Shown one piece after another: positions 47,269 to 57,097 of a DNA stretch of 64,000 bases. Source of the stretch: Bacteroidota bacterium (lineage in GTDB: Bacteria; Bacteroidota; Bacteroidia; Bacteroidales; CAIXZF01); contig JBAXPV010000008.1 of NCBI GenBank assembly GCA_037132075.1, forward strand, positions 49,883-113,882. Reading direction: 5' to 3'. Within the stretch, counting starts at the first letter, position 1. The number at the start of each line of letters is the position of its first letter. The notes under the pieces were generated by a model. The model was given only the letters and a program-made list of their open reading frames with translations, did no database searches and was not told the origin of the DNA. The position numbers were made by a program, and so were the translations under genes.

Positions 47269-49188
47269 CTATACAGGTCTGTCAACGAAATACATATCGA
47301 TGGTCCCTTTGTTTTTTGCTTCTACTTTTCCCCTATGTGTGCAATGAAATTTATTCTTTATTAATTCATAGGTGACTTCAGAGATATTGACTTTCCCAAC
47401 CTGGCCGCTGCTTTCCATGCGCGAGGCGGTATTCACCGTATCTCCCCAAATGTCGTAAGCAAATTTCTTGAGCCCAACAATTCCTGCAACGACCGGTCCT
47501 GTATGAATTCCGAGTCGCAACTCAAAAAAAGGCTCCCCTTTCTCAACCCTGTCTTCTTTCGTTCTTTCAATAAATTGCTGCATTTCCAGTCCGGCACCCA
47601 CAAGGTCTATTGCATGGGTTTTGTTTTCAATAGGAAGTCCTGCGGCACACATATAACTGTCGCCAATGGTTTTTATTTTTTCAATGCCATATTTTGAAAT
47701 GATCTTGTCAAATTCGCAATAAAAATTATGTATTTCCTGAACGAGTTCTTCGGCACTCAACTTTTCACTTGCTTGCGTAAAATTTTTAAAGTCAGTAAAC
47801 ATCACACTCACTTCAGCAAAGCTCTTAGCCCTTGCAGCGCCAGTGGTCTTAAGTTCTTCAGCGGTTTCCTCTGGAAGGATATTTAGTAACAATTCATCAC
47901 TCCTTTTTTTCGCTTTGGTGATCTTCTTATTCTGAGACAATACGACAAACAAAAACAACATCACCGTTGACAATCCAGCAATAGTTACGTTTTTTATGGC
48001 TTTCTGACGACGTAAGTACAGTTGCTGAACTTCTTTATCTTTTGTAAGTAACGCAATTTCCCCTTTCTTTTTATTGATCTCAAAATTGAATAAAATTCCT
48101 GATAATTTTTTATCTGTTTCAATATTATATAAAGTATCCTTGATCGTAGTAAATAATACCTGGTATTTGAATGCATTGCTGTAATCAGCAAGAGAAGCAT
48201 AAGTTTGGGCGAGACCTTCGTATGCATTTTTTACCTCGTAGTTCGACTTGATTTGTAATCCTGTTTCCAGGGCCTGTTTAAACGCCTGTAAAGCCGCTTG
48301 CTTGTCGCCGCTCAATTTATAGGTATTGGCAATTGCATTCAGGGATTGTACCATGTCATAACGGGCATCCAGCTTTTTTGCAATTTCAAAAGCTTGTTTC
48401 TGATAAAGTTCTGCCTTTACAAAATCTCCCCTTTTTGCATAAACCTTCCCAATAGCATTAAGAGAATAAGGAAGGTTTTCGGAATTCTCATATGCCTTGA
48501 TAGACTTATTATAAAAGACCAATGCAGAATCCTCTTTCCCCTGGGCAAAATAAATTTCTCCAAGATTGACAGTTGCTGTGCCAACCAAATATTTGTCTTT
48601 AATGACCTCCGCTATGGAATAGGCTCTAAGATAATATTCAAGCGCTCTTCCCATTGTTGCCGGCTTATTATAATATACCGCTCCAATATTGATAAGGGAG
48701 GTAGCGATCCTAAGTTTGTCCCCTGTTTCTTCTGAAACTTTTAAACTTTTAAAATGAAATTCAAGGGCCTTTTCATCTTCGCCCTGGTTAAAATAAACAG
48801 CGCCAGCATTGCTTAACATATTAGCGACACCGACCTTGTCGCCCATGCTTTCAAAAACAATACCGGCGTCTTTCCAGTAATCCAAAGCTTCAATATATTT
48901 ACTTTGCAAGTAATAAACTATTCCCAGGTTTTTTAAGGAATTGGCATCCCCTTTCGGAAAACGAATTTTGATTGATAATTCCCTTGCCAACTCAGCATAC
49001 CTGATTGCCTGTGAAGGGTCAGTACTGACGTATTGCTTACTCAGCGCAATAAGCGTCCACACTTTATTGGTATCTGCTTTTGACAGACCTAAAACTATTT
49101 TAAGACTATCAGTCGGGCTGGCTAAAAGGAATTCGCTTAAGATAAGGATTAATAGTACTATGATGTATTTTACATTATTGTTAATCAT
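47269..49188 (-). CDS. Periplasmic-TPR, single-TM class III adenylate/guanylate cyclase
   Basis: Signal peptide, tandem TPRs, TM, SDELLLNILP helix, VMFTDFKNFT, KIKTIGDSYM, YDIWGDTVNTASRMES. Confidence 0.95.
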   Translation of the reverse strand: MINNNVKYIIVLLILILSEFLLASPTDSLKIVLGLSKADTNKVWTLIALSKQYVSTDPSQAIRYAELARELSIKIRFPKGDANSLKNLGIVYYLQSKYIEALDYWKDAGIVFESMGDKVGVANMLSNAGAVYFNQGEDEKALEFHFKSLKVSEETGDKLRIATSLINIGAVYYNKPATMGRALEYYLRAYSIAEVIKDKYLVGTATVNLGEIYFAQGKEDSALVFYNKSIKAYENSENLPYSLNAIGKVYAKRGDFVKAELYQKQAFEIAKKLDARYDMVQSLNAIANTYKLSGDKQAALQAFKQALETGLQIKSNYEVKNAYEGLAQTYASLADYSNAFKYQVLFTTIKDTLYNIETDKKLSGILFNFEINKKKGEIALLTKDKEVQQLYLRRQKAIKNVTIAGLSTVMLFLFVVLSQNKKITKAKKRSDELLLNILPEETAEELKTTGAARAKSFAEVSVMFTDFKNFTQASEKLSAEELVQEIHNFYCEFDKIISKYGIEKIKTIGDSYMCAAGLPIENKTHAIDLVGAGLEMQQFIERTKEDRVEKGEPFFELRLGIHTGPVVAGIVGLKKFAYDIWGDTVNTASRMESSGQVGKVNISEVTYELIKNKFHCTHRGKVEAKNKGTIDMYFVDRPV

Positions 49189-49304
49189 TGATTTTAAAAC
49201 CCCGGGTGTTATAAATTATAATACGCTTAACTTAAAATGAGAAAGGAAACAGCAAACGTATTTCCTTTCTCATATTTCATATATTCAATATTATTCTACA
49301 GATA

Positions 49305-52300
49305 CTATTCATGCATTATCACCAACTTTTTCGTGAAAATCTGGTTTCCCAAATTAAGTCTGGTAAAGTATATTCCCGGGCTCATCAGGCCTGTATTGAA
49401 TAGCAATGAATATGTTTCGCCCATCAATACCTCCTCATCAAGCAGTTTATCAACCAAGCTGCCATCAAGACGGAAGACAGACAAAACTGCTCTTCCATCA
49501 GTAGCCGGAATAAAATCAAGATTGACATTGGAAGAGGCGGGATTTGGATAAACGCCAACAGGACTGGAGGCCTGGGCCGTTGTGCTAAGCGTTGGAAGGG
49601 TGCCGGGAGCCAGATCTCCATTGACCAGACCGCTGTAACTAAGTGTCAATACGGGTAAAGCTGCACCGTAATCTTTTGTCTTATTATCAGCGGTGATGGT
49701 AAGCGGGGCTTGTTTAACCATTAGGATCCCATTAATATATTCGATAAAATAGTTTGGCACCTGGATTAGCTGAAGGTTTGAAGGAACAATCTTAAAACTC
49801 CCGGCTATGATATTACTTACTGCAACCGCTTGATTAAAACCATTTAATAATGAATATTCCGGCATTGTCGATATTACATTTCCGGCACTGTCATCATAGT
49901 CATAACCAAAGACCTGTGAGGAAAAGATCGGAGGCTGACCATAAACAACACTCACTGTATCAGCAAACACAAAAAGAGTATCGGGTAAAATCGTCAGGCT
50001 ACCCAAACCGTACGTTATGTCAAAATTTCCTGACAATAAAGCTCCCGGAACGATGGTATGAACACCGATTTCAGTACCGGTTATCATATTAATTGATTTC
50101 ATGTCATCCAGGGCATCACCCGGAGGAGCAACGGCATCTGTTGAATCCACAATAACCACAACATTATTATGGGTTGTGTCGCTCAAGGAAGTACTGTTAA
50201 CCTGCGGACTTCCGTTCACCAGGGCACGGCCATTGACAAGGGCCCTGCTATCTACCAATGCAATAGCATCTGCCAGGGAAGCCTGGTGTTCATTCACGAT
50301 CAGGCTATGGAAAAAGTCCTTGTCAGTTAAAGCAATATTAGTTGCATCATAAACATACTTGAATTTAAAACCATCAATTTTATCACCGTAAGTAAGAACG
50401 GTATCTCTTGGGGTGATAACAATCGGCAATTTATTGATTGTCAACAAGCCATCGGTCATTTCAAATGTGTATAACTCAAGGATTCCCCGATCTATAGAAT
50501 CATTAGGATTTAAGGACCTTGCAGATGGCCTGATATAATAGATTCCTGCATTGCTTAAACTATTGGCAGGCGTTGAGAACGATAGCGGATTAAGGCCAAC
50601 ATCTGTAAGACTCAGCCCGCTGCTGTCAAGCCTGACGCCATTTACCCGAATCGTGGCGGTAAATGTTGGTAAAGCTTCTCCGTATTTCTTAGATATATTA
50701 TCTGCCGTAACTTTTACTACTTTTTTAATCGGGGAAAAGAAATGAAGGGTGTCTGACAATCCGCCATCTGTCTTACTGGAAGATATAGACGTTGTATACA
50801 CCTGAATCGCAGGATTTCCATTAAAAACAGGAACTAAAACTGTAAGGTTGTTCGCATTCACAAAGGTCGTTGGCAGTGAGTCACCGCGCATCATTGCTAC
50901 AGTATTTTTAGTGAGGTATTCTCCCTGAATGTCAATGATGACAGGCGTTTTCCCGGGAACTTTTGTAGTATCCTGCAAAACAATTTTATCAATATGCGGG
51001 CTGGGAGTTGCAAAGGTCATCATCGCGGCATCAGCCTGGATCAATCCGCTTCCTGTCTGGAAATCGAAACCAGGAGTTCCCATATCGATAGCTGTTGACT
51101 TCAAAAGTGATCTCATCTGAGCCGGACTGGTACTAACACCTGAAAATTTAGACTTTGCATTCATAATTAGTGCTGCCACACCAGCAGCATGAGGTGCAGC
51201 AGCGGAGGTACCGAAGAAATTCGGAAAAGCATCCCCGTCGATGTTCACGCCACCCATGTAAACAGTTGTATTCACCCCGTTGGGTGCACAGAAATCAGGT
51301 TTGTTCCTGACAACACCTTCCACAGGTGTACTTCCTTCTGAAGAGAATGAAGCCACAGTTGGGGGATTGACGCCAAAAGCAGGAGTGTTGGTATACAACA
51401 CAGCGCCAACGGCCATGGCACCAGCAGCATTGGCTTGTCCAATCACTGTTGATGTACCTGAATTATGCTCATTGATGGTCAGTTCCCCGCGGAAAACGAC
51501 ATATTTGAATTTCAGGTTGCCAGGACCACTGCTGTTGATGATCATGAGGTTGGTCATGGCATTGGAGGTGACTGTAAACGGCAAGACTTCCAATGGGTCG
51601 CCACCGGTATTCACACGATTGAAACCAAATAAGGTGGATCCATTGTCATAGGTGAGATAAATATCAAGGTCGTTCAAAGTCCCAGTCTGACCCATGGAAT
51701 AAAAAGAATCTTCCCATTGCAGAACGATGGTGTAATTGCCCGGCGTCAGCGTTAAACTTTGCATAATGTCGCCACCGCCAAAATCATGGGCAAAACCAGT
51801 TTTTCCGACAGGCGCAGGCGCAGGAGTGAATTGTCCTTCATAGGACTTCTTCCCGTAATTACCCGCTGCAGAGAAATAGGAAACCCCCTGGGATGTCACA
51901 TAATCCACAGCCTGGGCAACAACGCCATCTCTGAAGAAGGGTTCAGTGATAAAAGTAACATCATCCACGATGACTTTGCAGCTATCAGCCGCGAGTTGTT
52001 TAATACCCTGGGCAAAGTCACCTGCACTGATAAATCCTGTCCTGAAATCCAATTTGGCTTTTGGGGCCACATCATGAACAATCTGTAACATTGCCCGTCC
52101 TTCATCAGTCCTTTTGCCATAAGGATATTCCTTCAAAACATGAACAGGATTGGGGTTCTCCGGATTTTCCACTCCAGGAAGATCTCCGTTCACAACGTCA
52201 GTCTGTGCCGGATTACCAGGAATCGTATTGTATGAGTCAGAAATCACCCCAACTTTCACACCTTCACCCTGAACGTTATAACCAGAACGCACAAGATCGG

Positions 52301-53674
52301 CATGAATAGAGATGTCCCCTTTACTATACGCAACACCAGCCAGAGAAATCGGCGGATATAATGGGCGACAGTAATTGATCATGGAAGGCAAACTGTCTAA
52401 TTTAAGCAAATGTGCAACAGGGTATTTCCCGGTGATGATCAGTGAATTTGGCCCATTATCAACGAGGTTTGTCAAGCCATAAGCTGGAGTTTGTAGTAAT
52501 GTCAACAGATTTGCATACATATTTTGAATGGCAATAATTTCGATGTATACACTATCATGCGAAATTTGAAAAATATGATCCAGGGTATCTGCTGTTCCAC
52601 TAAAGTTTTGTGATAAAGATGTTAGTTCAGAGCCAATCAGTTTATTGATTTTCCCACCCACTGGTGGCTGGTAATAAGGGAAGATGCAGACATCACGGGT
52701 GACCGCTGCAGTATCCTCTGATGAACAACCACTGGTGGAATCCGTAACTGTAAGGATATATTTGCCGGAAGCATTTACTTTCGGACTGGCTGTATTTCCG
52801 TCGGAAACAATATTACCACCGGCTATGGTTGTCCATGAAAATTGGACCCCAGGCAAATTTGAAGAACCAGAAAGGTAGGTAACGGTATCAGTACAACTCA
52901 TGTGTTTATCAAGACCGGCATTTGCTGACGGCGGATTAGGACAAGTCATCAATGCACTTCTCGTAATGGTAACATTGTTTGACAGAACGACCTGTGTACT
53001 GCTCCAAAGAGCTCCATCGGCATTCGTGCCGGTACCAATGCTGATTCCGGCATAAGGAGCCCAGACGGTCCCGCACCAGGTTGAATAATTTCCACCTGAA
53101 CCATTGGCAACGATAAAGGCAAAATGCCCTGGAGAATTGGAGGTGCCGGTACCATGGGTCTCTGTATAAATCCTTGTTGCACTTCCCCCATGGATCATAG
53201 TGACATGGATTATATTGAGGTTTACATCCCCGATAAAATAAAGTTTGATGAGTCCCGAAATATTATTTTGAAAGTCAAAGACAATGTCATTAAATGTCCC
53301 TGAATTGTTCATGGAATTAAAAACATATGTCCCAACTCCGTTAAAAGTAAGTGTTGCCGCACCCGGCAGAATTACATTACCATAAGCTCCTGGTGTGATG
53401 GTCTGGGTGCTGCTAATATTTTGCGTTCCCGCTGAAGGAAAGACATTGATGACAGGCATCACTGGAAATGACGGAAAAACCGGCATGGCTATGACCTCGC
53501 CACCTACAGGGGTGGGGCCATTATAATGAGTTCCAGTAGGGTGAGTGACGCTCCCAGATACAGTACCCCCACCAACTTCAATGCTGCCTGAAGAGTCTCT
53601 GGCAGACTGATACATATGATTCCAAAAAAAGAAATCAATGCATAAATAATTCCATTTTTGTATACTTTTATCAT
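49305..53674 (-). CDS. Large secreted S8/S53-like serine protease with MBG-like repeats and T9SS CTD; signal peptide out of frame (possible pseudogene)
   Basis: GVISDS, DEGRAMLQIVHDVAP, SAAGN, FFGTSAAAPH; ADNISKKYG and ADNKTKDYG MBG-like motifs; VYPNPA CTD; ATG 53674 gives MIKVYKNGIIYALISFFGIICISLPETLQA, 59 nt upstream of the body ORF and in a different frame. Confidence 0.8.
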
Positions 53675-53926
53675 TGAACCTTATTGTTAAGCAAAATGTG
53701 TTAGTAAAATATTTTATATACTACCCCCTGATAATCAGTCTATTTTATTTTTATATAGACTAATTTAATGTAAAGATATGCACAAAGTCAGCCTTTAGGC
53801 CGACTTTAACATCTTGTTAACAAAAGAGAATTGAACTTTCTTACAGCTTTGAATTCAACGGCCCTGTTTTAGGTATCCTCAGAAGTTTTAGCTTTGCATA
53901 AAAATTAAGTTCATTCACCAAATACA

Positions 53927-54958
53927 ATGATCATGAAGAAATTAATGTTGGTTTCAGGATATCTGGCCGTAATTTGCATGGCGCTGTTTGCTGTCCATAA
54001 AATCCTACACTTCCCAGGCGCAAACATTCTGGAGATGTCAGCCTATGTGCTGTTTTCTGTTGTCTTTACTGTCCTGTTCTTCCTGGAGCGTAAAAAACTT
54101 GCTGAAAGCGGAATAAAGAAAGCCTTTAACCTTTTCATTTTACTTACGATGTTCACCTTTGGCCTTGGCATGGCTGCCTGGGCTTTTCATTGTCCTTATG
54201 GCATGGCAATGTTGTGCGTCGCTTCCAGCTTTCTGATCATCGTGATCCTGATGCAGGTATTTTTTGCTTTCCAGGAAAAAGATGAAGCCAAATCACTGTC
54301 AGGTCATAACAATGCCATCATCGCTTCCCTGGTCCTGATCATTTTCGTATTTTTTCATTGGATCATGACCCCGAAAGTCATTTTGCAAGATTTTGATCAG
54401 ACCTTGGTGAATCAAAATAAAGAAATCCGTTTCTATGTAAACAAGACGCAGTCGGTCTTTGAAAATATGGACAAAAACAGCAATGTTCCCGCGATCCAGG
54501 AGTATATGAAAAAAGCCAATGAGGTAAAGGCACAATCAGATAGCCTGGTGACATTTATTCGCGCCATTGGTGAAAAAATGATGTTCCTGGCCGATGAGAA
54601 AAAGGTTTCTTTCGACTCCATTCAGAATATGGAGCATAAAGCATACCGGAAAATCGCCATGAAATTCATGACAGAACAAAAGCAGGATTCCCTGTTGCAA
54701 GTGAAACTTAAAGTATTTACGCAATTCATGGGAAGCAACACCAATTCTAAGGGGAAAGAAGTACTGGACTTGTTTTTCGCAGGCCAGGATTCAACTTCCT
54801 CAAAACAATGTTCTTCAGAAGCAGGCTGCTGCGATTGCTATTGCAAAAGCATCATCAGTGTGATGGTTGACTTTAATGCAGATGTTCTTCATATTCGTAT
54901 GCTGGAAGCTGAAACCATCAATTACCTGCAGACGATGCAGGCGAAGGTGCCGAGGTAA
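53927..54958 (+). CDS. Membrane protein with GldL-like TM hairpins and a GldM-N-like helical domain
   Basis: KILHFPGANIL and FHCPYG TM hairpins; NEVKAQSDSLVTFIRAI helical motif; Cys cluster CSSEAGCCDCYC; TAGCTTTG at 53889. Confidence 0.55.
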   Translation: MIMKKLMLVSGYLAVICMALFAVHKILHFPGANILEMSAYVLFSVVFTVLFFLERKKLAESGIKKAFNLFILLTMFTFGLGMAAWAFHCPYGMAMLCVASSFLIIVILMQVFFAFQEKDEAKSLSGHNNAIIASLVLIIFVFFHWIMTPKVILQDFDQTLVNQNKEIRFYVNKTQSVFENMDKNSNVPAIQEYMKKANEVKAQSDSLVTFIRAIGEKMMFLADEKKVSFDSIQNMEHKAYRKIAMKFMTEQKQDSLLQVKLKVFTQFMGSNTNSKGKEVLDLFFAGQDSTSSKQCSSEAGCCDCYCKSIISVMVDFNADVLHIRMLEAETINYLQTMQAKVPR

Positions 54959-55020
54959 GAAGGATGAAGGATGAGATATGTAGGATGACAGGGAATGACA
55001 CTCTTTCAGCCTAAAAGCCC

Positions 55021-55221
55021 TCAGCCTCTTTTTTTATAAAACGCCCTGAACAGCATAAACCCTCCAAACACCAGCATCAGTCCGCCGGAGTAAAGGTTGA
55101 TATTGTTACCGAAGGATTTCTGGTACATGGCAACATCTGTTGCTGTGGAAAACCCATAGACCAGGAGCAGAAGCCCGAGGAGGGAAAACATAAAGCCGAT
55201 TGGAATTCGTATGTCGATCAT
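55021..55221 (-). CDS. Small membrane protein accompanying an SSS transporter
   Basis: MIDIRIPIG...NINLYSGGLMLVFG, two TM segments. Confidence 0.75.
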   Translation of the reverse strand: MIDIRIPIGFMFSLLGLLLLVYGFSTATDVAMYQKSFGNNINLYSGGLMLVFGGFMLFRAFYKKRG

Positions 55222-55232
55222 GATTGTGTTTT

Positions 55233-56948
55233 TTACCAGAAAATAATACTTAAACCTAATGCCATTAAGCCCACCAATATCGCAAGGCTGACAGGTTTGG
55301 CATACCATGCCACACCTTCTTCAGAGATTCTCGGGGTGAGCGAATAAACAAGTCCTGTGAGTTCTTCATCAGTCTTCGTAGGCCGGGTAGCAAATGAAAT
55401 TATGATGCTGAGTAAGAATGCGGTGGTCCAGGCAAAGATGGCGGTCCAGAAGTTCTGTGCCATCTCACTTGGGTAAGTATGAACAACGGTTCCGAGCCAA
55501 CCGCCTTTGATCAGGGAGGTGGCGCCAAAGGGGACCGTCAGGCCATGATGGATCATCGCAGCAAAGGTGCCGGAAAGCAGACCAAAGAAGGCACCATGAC
55601 CTGTGGTGCGTTTCCAGAACATCCCTAATAAAAAGGTTGCAAAAAGAGGTGCATTGATAAAGGCAAAGATCAGCTGAAGCAAGTCCATGACGTTGTTAAA
55701 CATCGCGGCGATATAGGCTGCCCCGATACTGATCACGATACCGGCCACAGTGGCAACTTTTCCTACATTGAGATAATGCTTGTCGCTCTGATTGGGCCTG
55801 ATGTGGCTCTGGTAGATGTCATAAGTCCAGACTGCATTAAATGCTGTGACATTACCGGCCATTCCCGACATAAATGAGGCCACCAGGGCGGTGATCCCCA
55901 TCCCGAGCACACCATTGGGCAGATAATGTCCAAGCAGTAAAGGAATCACCTTGTCATAGTCATAGGAACCGTTTTTTGCCGGAAGCAAAAACCCACTGTG
56001 AGGGTCGCTCAGCAGGGCCATGGCTATCATACCAGGGACAATTACCAGAAAAGGAATAAACATCTTGGGAAGCGCACCAATGAGTGGAGTCTTGCGGGCT
56101 GCTGTCATTGAATCCGCGGCCATGGCACGTTGCACCACGAGGAAATTGGTACACCAGTAACCAAAAGAAAGGACGAAGCCCAATCCCATGGCAATACCAA
56201 ACCACTCCACACCCATAGGATTTGCTGAAGCGCTCCCGCTAAACTGCCAGGTCGATGTATATGCCTGTGCCCCGTATCCATTGGCAACCGAAACACTCTG
56301 AAGCTTACTGACCATGCCTTCCCAGCCACCCACCTGGTGCAAACCCAGGAATACGAGGGGAAGAAAGCCGATCACGATCAGGAAAAACTGCAGAACTTCG
56401 TTGTATATCGCAGATTTCAGGCCCCCAAGATAAGTATAACCGAGAACGATCAGGGCAGAAATGAAAATGCTCATGTTGAAATTCCAGCCGATGAGGGTTT
56501 CCATCAGCAAGGCCAAGGCGTACATCGAGATTCCGGAAGCGAAGATTGTCATGATGGCAAAGGAAATGGCGTTGAATGTCCTGGTCTTTTCGTCGAAACG
56601 CATCTGGAGGTACTCAGGCACAGAACGGGCTTTCGATCCATAGTAAAATGGCATCATGAACAGAGCCAGGAAGATCATGGCAGGGATGGCGCCAATCCAG
56701 TAAAAATGCGTTGTAATCATCCCATATTTGGCGCCACAGGCACCCATGCCAATCACCTCAAGCGCTCCGAGGTTAGTGGAGATGAATGCCAACCCCGTGA
56801 TCCAGGCTGGAATCGACTTGCCACCCATTAGAAATTCGGAGCTTGATTTCATAAATCGCTTCAGCACAAGCCCGATCCCAAGGACGAAGGCAAAGTAGAT
56901 CAGCATGATAAGATAATCGATCCAGCTTAAATGTATGATAGTTCCCAT
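55233..56948 (-). CDS. Sodium:solute symporter (SSS family, probably sugar)
   Basis: About 13 TM segments; NLGALEVIGM, SVPEYLQMRF, YTYLGGL, YWCTNFLVVQRAM. Confidence 0.93.
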   Translation of the reverse strand: MGTIIHLSWIDYLIMLIYFAFVLGIGLVLKRFMKSSSEFLMGGKSIPAWITGLAFISTNLGALEVIGMGACGAKYGMITTHFYWIGAIPAMIFLALFMMPFYYGSKARSVPEYLQMRFDEKTRTFNAISFAIMTIFASGISMYALALLMETLIGWNFNMSIFISALIVLGYTYLGGLKSAIYNEVLQFFLIVIGFLPLVFLGLHQVGGWEGMVSKLQSVSVANGYGAQAYTSTWQFSGSASANPMGVEWFGIAMGLGFVLSFGYWCTNFLVVQRAMAADSMTAARKTPLIGALPKMFIPFLVIVPGMIAMALLSDPHSGFLLPAKNGSYDYDKVIPLLLGHYLPNGVLGMGITALVASFMSGMAGNVTAFNAVWTYDIYQSHIRPNQSDKHYLNVGKVATVAGIVISIGAAYIAAMFNNVMDLLQLIFAFINAPLFATFLLGMFWKRTTGHGAFFGLLSGTFAAMIHHGLTVPFGATSLIKGGWLGTVVHTYPSEMAQNFWTAIFAWTTAFLLSIIISFATRPTKTDEELTGLVYSLTPRISEEGVAWYAKPVSLAILVGLMALGLSIIFW

Positions 56949-57019
56949 AAGCAAAGAAATTTTGGATTAAAACCTGAAAACGGATGCTAATTTAGTTTTT
57001 TTTGTCATGGAAGGTTTTT

Positions 57020-57092
57020 TTCACACAGATTACACAGAAAAATACGCACTGACTCGTCCTGAAATCTGTGTGTCTGCTAAAATCTGTGTGAA
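57020..57092. repeat. REP-like CACAGATT/AATCTGTG inverted repeat
   Basis: TTCACACAGATT...AATCTGTGTG...AATCTGTGTGAA. Confidence 0.65.
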
Positions 57093-57097
57093 GAATA

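Noticed and set aside
43437-49188. Canonical Pycsar or CBASS defence system
   Set aside because: The cyclase has a signal peptide, TPR sensor, TM helix and ATP-type specificity residues; no TIR, CD-NTase or recognisable PycTM effector. Defence is kept only as an alternative hypothesis
53624-53630. Homopolymer (T7 on the coding strand) phase-variation switch for the protease
   Set aside because: A +1 slip would restore the frame but replace the hydrophobic end and cleavage site of the signal peptide; a deletion after TLQA explains the sequence better
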